From IMG/VR virus record IMGVR_UViG_3300033562_000715: a DNA stretch of 21,519 nt; one strand, 5' to 3'. Shown here piece after piece: positions 1 through 9,252 of the stretch. Each line of letters opens with the position of its first letter. The first letter of the stretch is position 1. The notes under the pieces were generated by a model, which was not told where the DNA came from, ran no database searches, and saw only the letters and a program-made list of their open reading frames with translations. This DNA comes from an uncultured virus (IMG/VR IMGVR_UViG_3300033562_000715) (lineage: Duplodnaviria; Heunggongvirae; Uroviricota; Caudoviricetes). The position numbers were made by a program, and so were the translations under genes.

Positions 1-2
1 CG

Positions 3-137
3 TCAGAAACAGAAGAACTAATTGTAGACTTGCCTTATAATCAGGATGATGCCTTTAAAGATACATTTAGTCCAACAAGTCAGTATGATGGGTTTTTAGA
101 TGTAAATGAATTTTGGACTCCTGATGATTTAGGGTAA
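3..137 (+). CDS. 3' end of an upstream gene (partial, acidic C-terminus)
   Basis: Open frame from position 3 (SETEELIVDLPYNQDDAFKDTFSPTSQYDGFLDVNEFWTPDDLG) ending in TAA at 135-137, 36 nt before the next gene. Confidence 0.7.
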   Translation, partial: SETEELIVDLPYNQDDAFKDTFSPTSQYDGFLDVNEFWTPDDLG

Positions 138-173
138 AATAAAAGAATAAAAGGATGAAAGGGGAAGGGATAT

Positions 174-1055
174 ATGAAGTTTAATGGCACAGAGCTTATA
201 TTAGACAACTTTAGAGACTTATTGTTTTCTTATTCCATTGATATACAGGATGTTGTTAGAAGTAGCATCCTAGATAACGTTGATATCTGTCCATATATAC
301 AGGATTGTGTTAACTCACCATTCAAGTTAGACCAAATAAGGCTAGCATTGAAAGAGGGTATGATGAAAGATGAGTATTTATTCTTAACAGGAGAAATGCT
401 TTTCCAGATTAGAAAGATGTCTAAAAGAGGGGTAAGTCTTACTCAGGTACAGAAACAGTTACAAAATGGTTTAAGTGAGGAGTATATCATATACTTATTA
501 CAATGGGTAGATGATGGAATAAACCTTAGTAAACTCAATATAGGTATCATACCAAAGAGTCTTTTGGATACATTTGACTACGGTCTTAGGGGTGGCTTTG
601 ATATGAGTCTATTCAATAATGGTGTTACTTTCCCTATAAAATATGTAATGAATTGTTTACAGATTTTAAATAATGGAAAGTCTATAACTTTCTTATTAAG
701 TGGAGATTGGGATTTACCATGTGTTGAATATCTAAATAAGTTTTCTAAAGTATCAAACAAGGTATGGTCTGCTTTAGTAAATAACATAGCACCGAACACT
801 TCTTTAGAACGATTAAAGCTATTAGCGTTATTAGTGAAAGCTAATGTTTCTATAGTGAAGTTACAGGAGAAAGTAGACTCTAAGCAGTTGTATAACAATA
901 AATGCTTATCTATATTACATTCAGGTTTACTCTTAGACCTTGATATTGATGAACTTATGACGGAAACAAACCCTGAAAAGATGGAACAACTTAAAAGCAA
1001 ACTAGAGCTTGCTAAGAAGAAAACGATAAGTGGTCGATTAGTAAGAAACAATTGA
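174..1055 (+). CDS. hypothetical protein with degenerate helical repeats
   Basis: 293 aa ORF with purine-rich RBS (ggggaaggga). Recurring helix-G-hydrophobic units (QIRLALKEG, QIRKMSKRGVSL, WVDDGINLS, YGLRGGFDMS). Confidence 0.8.
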   Translation: MKFNGTELILDNFRDLLFSYSIDIQDVVRSSILDNVDICPYIQDCVNSPFKLDQIRLALKEGMMKDEYLFLTGEMLFQIRKMSKRGVSLTQVQKQLQNGLSEEYIIYLLQWVDDGINLSKLNIGIIPKSLLDTFDYGLRGGFDMSLFNNGVTFPIKYVMNCLQILNNGKSITFLLSGDWDLPCVEYLNKFSKVSNKVWSALVNNIAPNTSLERLKLLALLVKANVSIVKLQEKVDSKQLYNNKCLSILHSGLLLDLDIDELMTETNPEKMEQLKSKLELAKKKTISGRLVRNN

Positions 1056-1150
1056 AGTTAGTAAGAACCCACCTAAGTTGATACGATTGGTATAAGGTTT
1101 ATAAAGAATTATGTTTTTATAAGGAATATCTTTTATTTAGAATTAGAATT

Positions 1151-1159
1151 TGCTATAAT
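1151..1159 (+). promoter_or_regulatory. extended -10 promoter (TGcTATAAT)
   Basis: tgctataat at 1151-1159 in the intergenic gap, ~40 nt before the likely start codon; no good -35. Confidence 0.65.
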
Positions 1160-1197
1160 TAGTATATAGAAAAATTATAGCAATGGAGGTAGAGAGT

Positions 1198-2013
1198 ATG
1201 TATTTTGCAAATTTATTAGGTGAAGATGGTGTAAGGTCTTTTGATAGAGGTTCTTCTAAGTGTATTCCTTTTGTAAATGAACACGAGAATACAACAGCAG
1301 GTTTTGTGGCATTGAAAGATGGTAAGTTAGTGGTTTCAACAGATGGTGAAAACCTTTTCCTAAAGGGCATTAAAAATGAGAAAGATGATGCAGTCCTTAA
1401 TTTTACTTCTCACAAAGCTCATAAGGGTAAAACAAAGCATCTTACCTTTAAAGAAATTAAAGACACTGATGAAAACCCCTTGATTATTGTTTTATGTAAA
1501 GAAATTTCTTTATATGATAGCATTCCTACAGGGCTGAAGTACATCTATATTGGGGAAGATTATATGTTAGCTTGCCTAATCTATGGTGCTTGTGATTTTG
1601 ATGGCATAACAATGCAAAGATGTAATGTGACAGACACCAATGGAAAACAGAAAGCAACTTTCACTGGTAAACATCTTAGTTTATTCTCAAGATGTATCGA
1701 CCCAGAAACAGAATATTGTTACATGAAAGATGTTGTAAACCATGTTGAGTTATCTTACAAAGGAGAAGAAGGTTGTAGTCGTTATTCAACTGTAACATCT
1801 ATGGTAAACAAGTTTGATGAAAGAGGTCTTAAAGAGGCTCAGGAACAAAGAGCACGTGACCTTATTCGTAAACAACAAGTTCAAGATTTAAAAGATTCTG
1901 CAGAACAAGAAAGAGTAAGTATCATAGATAAGAAAAGACAGGATATTGAACAAGAAGAAGCATCTAAAGGTGCAGCAATGTTCCTTAAAGCAGTACAGGA
2001 ACTTAGACATTAG
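1198..2013 (+). CDS. hypothetical protein with C-terminal charged helix/coiled coil
   Basis: ORF track gives 1183; ATG at 1198 has GGAGG 8 nt upstream and is preferred. No recognisable motif. Confidence 0.8.
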   Translation: MYFANLLGEDGVRSFDRGSSKCIPFVNEHENTTAGFVALKDGKLVVSTDGENLFLKGIKNEKDDAVLNFTSHKAHKGKTKHLTFKEIKDTDENPLIIVLCKEISLYDSIPTGLKYIYIGEDYMLACLIYGACDFDGITMQRCNVTDTNGKQKATFTGKHLSLFSRCIDPETEYCYMKDVVNHVELSYKGEEGCSRYSTVTSMVNKFDERGLKEAQEQRARDLIRKQQVQDLKDSAEQERVSIIDKKRQDIEQEEASKGAAMFLKAVQELRH

Positions 2014-2024
2014 GAGGTTACACT

Positions 2025-3494
2025 TTGATTAGTTTAACAGATAGGGTTGTGCTTGAAAAGAGGGGTAAAGTTAAAAATCATATATTTAAGGGGGTGGACA
2101 GTGCTAAAGAGCTTGTCCACTCTTTTGACGAAGTTTTAGTATACTTTGACCCAGATGTGGATGGTTGTATAGCAGGATTATTAGTTTGTAAATATTGCAT
2201 CAAGCATAAAATCCCCTTTACATGGTACATCAATAAAGATAGGAGTCATGATTGGAACTTATCTACAGAACGGGTAAGTGGAAAGAACATTATAGCAGTT
2301 GACTTTATTATAACAGCAGAAAAAGTAATAGAACTATGTGATGCAGGGTGTAATCTAATTAGTATGGACCACCATGTAAATCGCAAAGAAATGATAGATT
2401 ATACATCAGACTATAGCACACATGGTATAGTAATCAATAATCAGTACCCTTTTGAAGACAAAGATAGTAGGTATTTAAGTGGTGCAGGAGTGGTTTATGA
2501 ATCACTAATCTATATGGATCCAGACTTTGATACCCAAGAGAACAGAGCACTAGTTGGTATAACTCTTTTATCTGATGTAAGAGATATAGAGAATGAATAT
2601 GCTCAAAATTACTTAAGTATTTTATATACACACCCTTATAAGGGTTATATAAGATATTTAATAGACAGTACAATGGGTGAGAAAGACTATGGCTTTGGTG
2701 TTCCAAGGATGGATAGAAATTATGTAGATTTTAAGTTTAGTCCAGCTATAAACGCTTGGTTAAGGTTTAATCATCAGGATGATGTTGTTGATTTCTTCTT
2801 GGGTAAAAATACCCTTGATTTATCCTACAGAGAAGAACAGAAAGCTTTAGTAAATAGTCTTATGAAAGGTATAACAGTAGTAGACTTTTCCAAACTAAGA
2901 GTATGTTATTTTTATGAAAAAGACTTTAAGGAGTATGCTGATATACTTTCCAACTTTGTTGGTTTGGTAGCAAGTAGGAACTTAAATGGAGAACAGTCCG
3001 TTATTTGTTATATGATTGGAGAAAAGAATGGTAAATCTTATATGAAGAGAGCATCCTTTAGGGGTAACAGAAACGGATTAGATTATCAAGCATCTTTAGG
3101 ATTGCTCTATACTTGTTTAGGTCATAAATCTGCTTTCGGTATTAAAGGTTTATCTCCAAAAGGTGATATATTTGCTAATTCTAATGAGTTATGTGTAAGT
3201 TTAGAAGAAGCTTTTCCTTATGAAAAGATTATCATTAGCACTTCAAACTTATCTTTCTTTATCATTAGTAAAGCTAGAAAAATAGCTGAAGAGAACTTGT
3301 ATTCTTTAAGTCAAAACAAGACCTATGTAAAGTATACAGGCAATAGCTACAAGGTTAGATTTTCTAGTCCAAGTTTTACTGAATACATTGTAGATGGGAT
3401 AACTGTTAAATGTTTTGACTCAAATATGAACCCAGAGAATAGTCTAATCACTCCAACATTGGAGAGGGGTTTTGTTCATTTTTATTTAGAGTAG
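2025..3494 (+). CDS. recJ: RecJ-like single-stranded DNA exonuclease, DHH/DHHA1 family
   Basis: Motifs DPDVDG, AVDF, MDHH, LSGAGV, LSDV, RASFRG and LGHKSAFG in RecJ order; TTG start after AGGAGG. Confidence 0.85.
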   Translation: MISLTDRVVLEKRGKVKNHIFKGVDSAKELVHSFDEVLVYFDPDVDGCIAGLLVCKYCIKHKIPFTWYINKDRSHDWNLSTERVSGKNIIAVDFIITAEKVIELCDAGCNLISMDHHVNRKEMIDYTSDYSTHGIVINNQYPFEDKDSRYLSGAGVVYESLIYMDPDFDTQENRALVGITLLSDVRDIENEYAQNYLSILYTHPYKGYIRYLIDSTMGEKDYGFGVPRMDRNYVDFKFSPAINAWLRFNHQDDVVDFFLGKNTLDLSYREEQKALVNSLMKGITVVDFSKLRVCYFYEKDFKEYADILSNFVGLVASRNLNGEQSVICYMIGEKNGKSYMKRASFRGNRNGLDYQASLGLLYTCLGHKSAFGIKGLSPKGDIFANSNELCVSLEEAFPYEKIIISTSNLSFFIISKARKIAEENLYSLSQNKTYVKYTGNSYKVRFSSPSFTEYIVDGITVKCFDSNMNPENSLITPTLERGFVHFYLE

Positions 3495-3516
3495 AATGGC
3501 AGTATTCTTAGGAGTA

Positions 3517-3525
3517 TGCTATAAT
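3517..3525 (+). promoter_or_regulatory. extended -10 promoter (TGcTATAAT) for the actin-like operon
   Basis: tgctataat at 3517-3525 with weak -35 TGGCAG (3497-3502) at 17 nt spacing. Confidence 0.65.
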
Positions 3526-3679
3526 GTACTTAGGGTAAATACTTAGACTCTCTTATATTTAGAACTGTAACAACTTATTTTAGTTTTGTAAATAGTGTTT
3601 ATTTATAAGAGGTATCTAAGAATATCTGTTTTACGTTGTGTTTATGGTTGTAATTTATTTTATTAGGAGGAAAAGTTTA

Positions 3680-4858
3680 ATGGTTAACGGAAAAGCAACA
3701 TTAGTAGTAGATTTGGGTAACTCTGAAACAAGAGTAGAGACCCATTTTGGCAAGAATAGTAAGGGTTTAACTAGAAAAAGGTTATCTTTTTTAAGCAACC
3801 ATTTTGGTGAACTAGCACCACAAAAAGTGAATCTGTACACAGTGGAGAGTTCCACATATACAGAAGATAACTCAAGAATTTTCAAGTATCATGAACAGGT
3901 TTATTGTAATGGAAGCTTATGTAATGATGAATTTGGATCAACAGCCATCAGACCAACAGCTCTAGAAAAGAAGTATGAAAGCTTATTAACTGACTTATCC
4001 TTGCGTAATGCTTTAACAAGAGGGTATGAAGATATCGCTTTATTTACTAACAGTGATATTGAGTCAATAGATGTAGAATGGGAATTAGTTCTATTATTAC
4101 CACCAGACGACATTGATGTAGGTGCTAAGAACCTTGCTCAGAGAGCTAAGGCAATTAATAGCTTATCTTTCATTATGCCAAAGTTGGAAAAAGAAATAAA
4201 GATAGAAAAGGTAAATATTTATCCAGAGGGCTTTGCAGCTTTGATCGGTGTTGCCTTTGTAACAAAAGGACTGGTAAGAAAGGGTTATGAATACCTTTTA
4301 AGTCCAGAACAAAAAACTTTGATCTTAGATATCGGTGCAGGAACTACAGACTTCTTGTTGGCTAAGGGTACAAATATTGTTTCAACATCAAGATTCACTC
4401 GTGAGATTGGTGGTAACAATATACACCAGAGAGTAAGACGTCTGCTAAAAGAAGCAGGAGTGTCTTTATCAGATAATATTGTAAAAGCAGGATGTGAGGT
4501 TGGTTTTGTCATGGATGGCAGTAAGCGTTATGATATTACACAATTCATTGCAAAAGCTAAATCAGACGTTTCTAAACAACTTGTAGATGCCATTCAGGAG
4601 TTCTTTGAAGATAATATGATGCCTATCAGAAGTATTAATAACATCTTAGTTGTAGGTGGAGGAGCTGAAATCTCGGAGAACAAAGATATATCTCCAATCT
4701 CAGAATACTTAACAGCATACATGCAAAAACTATCACCATCGATCAATTTGGTTGAACTTCCAGAATTGGATTTCCCAGCTGAAGATGATGAACAGGAAGT
4801 AAAATATTCGGTTACAAGATTGCTCAACATTGTTGGTGCAGGAATCTTAGCAGCATAA
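3680..4858 (+). CDS. actin-like ATPase, ParM/StbA family
   Basis: Phosphate-1 VVDLGNSET, connect YPEGFAA, phosphate-2 ILDIGAGTTD, adenosine VVGGGA, terminal NIVG. Start reassigned to ATG 3680 (AGGAGG upstream), 392 aa. Confidence 0.9.
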   Translation: MVNGKATLVVDLGNSETRVETHFGKNSKGLTRKRLSFLSNHFGELAPQKVNLYTVESSTYTEDNSRIFKYHEQVYCNGSLCNDEFGSTAIRPTALEKKYESLLTDLSLRNALTRGYEDIALFTNSDIESIDVEWELVLLLPPDDIDVGAKNLAQRAKAINSLSFIMPKLEKEIKIEKVNIYPEGFAALIGVAFVTKGLVRKGYEYLLSPEQKTLILDIGAGTTDFLLAKGTNIVSTSRFTREIGGNNIHQRVRRLLKEAGVSLSDNIVKAGCEVGFVMDGSKRYDITQFIAKAKSDVSKQLVDAIQEFFEDNMMPIRSINNILVVGGGAEISENKDISPISEYLTAYMQKLSPSINLVELPELDFPAEDDEQEVKYSVTRLLNIVGAGILAA

Positions 4859-4866
4859 ACACAAAG

Positions 4867-4902
4867 GGTAAGAGTATATCTGAAGACAGGTGTACTCTTA
4901 TC
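4867..4902 (+). terminator. strong intergenic stem-loop (weak terminator or mRNA-stabilising hairpin)
   Basis: ggtaagagtatatctg-aaga-caggtgtactcttatc: 16 bp stem with 3 G:U pairs; poor U-tract. Confidence 0.6.
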
Positions 4903-4926
4903 TAATTAATTTGGAGGTGGTAGAAA

Positions 4927-6903
4927 GTGCTTAGTATACTTACATCAGGTTTATCCTTAGAGGGTAAAGAACTCTTGCAAGAAGCAATAACCTTAGTTTA
5001 TGGAGAAGACTCAGCTGAGATTATAGAATTAAATAAAGATGATTTACGTCAACAAGTTAGACTAAGCTCTAAGTCAGTTGCTACACCGCTAGTAATATTA
5101 GATGGTGTATCAATGGATTACTGTAAAGATATTGAGAATGGCTTATACTCATCTACTAAGTTTTATCAGTACACGGACGAAGCATCTTTAGTAGAATTTT
5201 TTAGTAGTAAATTTGGTGTAAGTTTATCTGTTCAAACATCGGGTATGGAAGTAACAAGCGTAACAGACGTAACTGCTAGTCAAAGTATTATAGAGAGCTA
5301 TGAGATACAACTTGGTGATAAGAATCAACTTATTTCTCATTTAAATGCTAGACTATTAGAATTAAATCATATTATTGAAGATGGTGACTATGCTGAGAAA
5401 GAAGATTCAGCATGTAGTAAAGAACTAGAGCAAACTAAGCAGGAAAACCTAGACTTGCGTAGTAAATTATCTTCTATAACTTCTGAGTCAAAGCTTTCTT
5501 CAGATGAACTTATGGAGTTGAGAAAAGAGAGAGATAGCCTAGCAATTTCTGTGGAAAAATTAGAATTGAAGCGAGAATCGATTCTTGCTGACTTATCTTC
5601 GGTCAGCGTAGAGCTTACAGAATACAAACTCAAGTATTCTACGCAATCAGGTCTTTTAAGAAGTATAGAGTTTGAAGTTGAAAACTTAAAGGGTAAAGTT
5701 GTTATTTTAGAAGGTAAAGAATCTAGTATTGAGGTTCTTAAAAAAGAAAAATTAGGATTAGAGAAAGATATATTAAGGTATAGTACGGAATCTTCCAAAT
5801 TAAAAGCAGAATTAGCAGCAGCAGAGTCTGAATTAGTTACTTTAAAAGCAAATGGTAATTCTGTAACTCTTAACGATAGTGAAAAGAGTCTTATGGAAGA
5901 CAAGCTATCTCAATTATCTGTTGAAAGTGTTGACTTAACTAAGAATCTTTTAGACTTAAAAGGCTCTTTAACCTCTGCTGAGGGTACTCTGCTCGAACTA
6001 CAGGGTAGATTGGATACTGTTACCTCAGAAAGAGATGCTTTAAGGGTTGAAATAGGTAACTTAGAGGGTAAGTTAAAATCTTCTGATGATAGTTTAATGC
6101 AACTGAATAAAGAGAAAATAGAAATGCAGGGTAGACTAGATCTTCTTGAAAGGTCTACAAGACGTGATACGGGTATAGAAGACCTAGTAAAAGAGATTGC
6201 TGAATTAAGACAAAAATATGATAGTATATCAGGGAATGTATTTAACAAGATTGCATCATTGGCTATGCCTAAAGTAAGTACTAAGGTTTCTTTAATACAC
6301 TTCCCTATATCACTGCAAAAAGTAAAGTTTGTCTTTGCAGGTAGTACAGAAAGTAGAAAGGGTTGTTATAAGTGCTTATTATCAGAGCTAAAAAAGGCAC
6401 CTAAGACAGAGAAATTCTTGCTTGTAGATGTTGTATCTGAGACAGCAGTGGATTATGTTTTTGAGATAAACCCAGTTGCAGCAGGTGTAGATTGGTTTAG
6501 AAAGGGTGGAGGAGTTCAACCATACTTATCTAAAACTTGTTTACCAAATGTAAGTGTTTTGTCACCAGGTTTAGGTTATATAAATGATAGTTATTTTTTA
6601 ACTATAGACTGGCAAGAAAGGCTTAAAGAACTAGAGGAAAGTGGTTACAATGTAATCTTGTTTTGTGGAGATATATCAAATATCATAGGAAGGGTACTTC
6701 ATGAATCTTTTGCTAGTTTAGCTGAATCGAGAGTATATATACATGGAAATTCAGTAGGTTCTAGAACAATAGTAAGTAACTTGAAGGGTATATCAAACTC
6801 AAATAAAAGTATTATCTGTTATTTTGAGTATAATCCACAGGTATCAAGATTCATGGATTTAGTACAGAAAACAAATGTATGCGAAATATTAAGCACATCT
6901 TAA
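4927..6903 (+). CDS. receiver-like N-domain + long coiled coil + degenerate MinD/ParA (CpaE/TadZ-like) C-terminal domain
   Basis: GTG start after GGAGG. Heptad L/E/K/S-rich region ~aa120-435. C-terminal VKFVFAGSTESRKG, KFLLVDV, PNVSVLSPG, GYNVILFCG follow the MinD/ParA motif order. Confidence 0.65.
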   Translation: MLSILTSGLSLEGKELLQEAITLVYGEDSAEIIELNKDDLRQQVRLSSKSVATPLVILDGVSMDYCKDIENGLYSSTKFYQYTDEASLVEFFSSKFGVSLSVQTSGMEVTSVTDVTASQSIIESYEIQLGDKNQLISHLNARLLELNHIIEDGDYAEKEDSACSKELEQTKQENLDLRSKLSSITSESKLSSDELMELRKERDSLAISVEKLELKRESILADLSSVSVELTEYKLKYSTQSGLLRSIEFEVENLKGKVVILEGKESSIEVLKKEKLGLEKDILRYSTESSKLKAELAAAESELVTLKANGNSVTLNDSEKSLMEDKLSQLSVESVDLTKNLLDLKGSLTSAEGTLLELQGRLDTVTSERDALRVEIGNLEGKLKSSDDSLMQLNKEKIEMQGRLDLLERSTRRDTGIEDLVKEIAELRQKYDSISGNVFNKIASLAMPKVSTKVSLIHFPISLQKVKFVFAGSTESRKGCYKCLLSELKKAPKTEKFLLVDVVSETAVDYVFEINPVAAGVDWFRKGGGVQPYLSKTCLPNVSVLSPGLGYINDSYFLTIDWQERLKELEESGYNVILFCGDISNIIGRVLHESFASLAESRVYIHGNSVGSRTIVSNLKGISNSNKSIICYFEYNPQVSRFMDLVQKTNVCEILSTS

Positions 6904-6941
6904 AAGCAAAACAGCTACTTAGAAGGGAGTGTAAAACTCAG

Positions 6942-7568
6942 GTGGTATCAACAAATATTTTAGTAGAGGTAGAAGAGTCTGTTTATTCAATGGTAGTTCT
7001 ACCGCATAAGAAGTCTAAGACTTTTAGTAAATTGGTTGCATCTTTAATGCAAGGATATGTAGAAGATGAATACATTAGGGCATATGTAGAAGGTACATTA
7101 TCTAATATGCAGAAAGCAGCAGTAAACTCTTTAGATGGTATATTAGGTAACATGACTCAATCTTTAGCAAACATGGGACTATATACTAAAGAAATGCAAA
7201 ATAACTCAAAGAAAGGTTTTGAAACTTTCAATGGAAAGGGTAAAGAAGAACAACTTTTAACTCCAGCAGTTGTAAATACGGAAGTAGAGGAGTTAAAGGA
7301 TGATATCTCTATGTTAAAGAAGCAAAATGAAGAGATTTTAAACCTTTTACGTTCAGGTAACTTTAATCAGAAGTCTGAAAGTACATCTGTAGAAGCAAGA
7401 ACTAAACTTCAGAAAAAGGAAACCAAACCTATCAACCTTGAGATTGAAGATTTTATACCAAAGCTAAGCCTAGTAGAAGACTCCAGAGGTGATACTTTTG
7501 CAGAACCAGAAATAAATGCAGAAGATGCTCTAAGTAGTTTGTTAGTTGGTAACAGCTATGTATTTTAG
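6942..7568 (+). CDS. putative ribbon-helix-helix DNA-binding adaptor (ParR-like)
   Basis: GTG at 6942 with aagggag upstream is preferred over 6879. N-terminal strand TNILVEV then two helices (EESVYSMVV, TFSKLVASLMQGY), short coiled coil, acidic tail ending AEDALSSLL. Confidence 0.55.
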   Translation: MVSTNILVEVEESVYSMVVLPHKKSKTFSKLVASLMQGYVEDEYIRAYVEGTLSNMQKAAVNSLDGILGNMTQSLANMGLYTKEMQNNSKKGFETFNGKGKEEQLLTPAVVNTEVEELKDDISMLKKQNEEILNLLRSGNFNQKSESTSVEARTKLQKKETKPINLEIEDFIPKLSLVEDSRGDTFAEPEINAEDALSSLLVGNSYVF

Positions 7569-7585
7569 TCAGGAGGGTAAATACT

Positions 7586-9190
7586 ATGAGGGTTAATGGT
7601 GGTAATGTAGGACCTGAGGTGCCTAGAAAGGGTACTTCAGGACCTATTAGTCTTACAGATGAATTAGAACATGTTTTGAGTCAACAAGAATCAATAAAGA
7701 AGGAAATTATTAAGGAAGAACCAGTGGAAGAGGTTTTTGAAAAGAAAGTTAAGAGAAAGCGAAAAAAAGCTCCAATTGTAGTTTTTTGCATACTCTTAAT
7801 AGTCTTAATACTATACTTGTATAGGAACTTTATTGCCTATCCACCTAGAGCATCTGTAGAACCGAACACTACAAAGGGTTATGCTTTAGAGAAATACCAG
7901 GGTATGTTAAATCAAATGGATTTCTTGGGTAAAGATACTTATATTGCTAAAGAAGTATTATATGCAAATAACAACCCTGAAAAAATACTGTTCATTAAAG
8001 AAATCTTATCCAATTTTTCATACTACTATAAACATGAAAATGTAAAGAATATATATGGAAATGACTATATTAACCCTAAGACTAAGGAAGTTGAATCTGA
8101 TGGCTTTTATGGAGCAGATATAAGTAAAGACTTTGGTGTTTCTTATGTAGATTATTCTAAGATAAAGATAGATGAAAATATGGTAAAGAATATAATGTCA
8201 GACTTAGAATTAGATCCAACTAAAGTAGACTATAGCAACCTTTTAGTAAATGCTTTTTGTAAGTATATTACAGAGGTTGATTCTCTACCAACTAAGATGG
8301 TAGAGCATAAGCCTTTATTAAAAAAGGTTAAAGGCTCTTATGTTGTAAGTAAAGAGGAAGACATTTTCTTAGATAAACTATTTTTTTCAAGTAAAGAATT
8401 TTATGATTTACTGAACAGGTTCTCAGAAGTTGCCTATAATGTATCTGAAAAGAGTGGTAGTAAGTTGGCACCAACAACAGAATGGGTAACTTGGTCAGCT
8501 CTAAGTAAGTCAGAGAGAGAAAAAGTAGAAGAACCTACAAAATACTTCTATAAGACTGCTATTAGTAACCTTTGGTGTGGTACTTATTATCTGATGGAGG
8601 AACACTCTATCATAGATGAACAGGGTAACAGAATACCTCAAGAGGTTGTACAAGAGTTGGGAGACGGTTCATTTAAGAACCCAGCAAGCTTTGAGACAGG
8701 AATACTAACAAGTGTGTTGGTAGAAAGTACAGATTTAGAGGGTAATACTACCTTTGTATCTTACCCAATAAAGGTTAAGTTAAAAGAATATGGTGTATCT
8801 CAAGACGCAATCAAGTGGTTTGAGGGTAAGGATTCTTTAAATAGAGGTGCAGATGTTTCTTCAGATATTCAATATTGTTATTACACTTTTGAAATTACTA
8901 ATATGAGTAATGTAGTCTTAAATATAAAAGATAATTCTTGTTTATGTGATGCAAATGCTAACTTAGCACCTAGAACGGGTACTATTTATGGTTTAAAGGA
9001 TACTCTTACATTAAATCCAGATGAAACAGGTTTAATTGAATCTTGGAATAGAAATACAGAATTAAATAAAAAGTTTGTAATATGGGGTGCTGATTTTAAC
9101 CGAAGGATACAGCCAGTTTGGTTTAGATTACTACAAGGTAACCTTGAGGACAGTAGTGAAGATAAGGGTGTATTTATTCGTCAGGATTAA
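7586..9190 (+). CDS. single-pass membrane protein with large extracytoplasmic region and Ig-like C-terminus
   Basis: Basic stretch KKVKRKRKK then TM IVVFCILLIVLILYLY; C-terminal YYTFEITNMS...LNPDET beta-sandwich pattern; RBS aggaggg. Confidence 0.75.
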   Translation: MRVNGGNVGPEVPRKGTSGPISLTDELEHVLSQQESIKKEIIKEEPVEEVFEKKVKRKRKKAPIVVFCILLIVLILYLYRNFIAYPPRASVEPNTTKGYALEKYQGMLNQMDFLGKDTYIAKEVLYANNNPEKILFIKEILSNFSYYYKHENVKNIYGNDYINPKTKEVESDGFYGADISKDFGVSYVDYSKIKIDENMVKNIMSDLELDPTKVDYSNLLVNAFCKYITEVDSLPTKMVEHKPLLKKVKGSYVVSKEEDIFLDKLFFSSKEFYDLLNRFSEVAYNVSEKSGSKLAPTTEWVTWSALSKSEREKVEEPTKYFYKTAISNLWCGTYYLMEEHSIIDEQGNRIPQEVVQELGDGSFKNPASFETGILTSVLVESTDLEGNTTFVSYPIKVKLKEYGVSQDAIKWFEGKDSLNRGADVSSDIQYCYYTFEITNMSNVVLNIKDNSCLCDANANLAPRTGTIYGLKDTLTLNPDETGLIESWNRNTELNKKFVIWGADFNRRIQPVWFRLLQGNLEDSSEDKGVFIRQD

Positions 9191-9217
9191 ACTGTATATT
9201 ATTTTAGAGATTGGGTG

Positions 9218-9246
9218 TTGCTAAAAACTTAGATTTGTGTTATACT
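9218..9246 (+). promoter_or_regulatory. sigma-A promoter driving a short transcript
   Basis: TTGCTA (9218-9223), 17 nt, TATACT (9241-9246) with extended TG. Confidence 0.8.
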
Positions 9247-9252
9247 TATATC

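Noticed and set aside
3638..3679. Longer starts in the ORF track (3638, 6879, 9349, 13029)
   Set aside because: Downstream starts have clear SD sequences; the extensions overlap RBS or promoter elements.
4927..6903. SMC or tape-measure annotation
   Set aside because: No ABC Walker A/signature or hinge, and no tail gene context; resemblance is only generic coiled coil.
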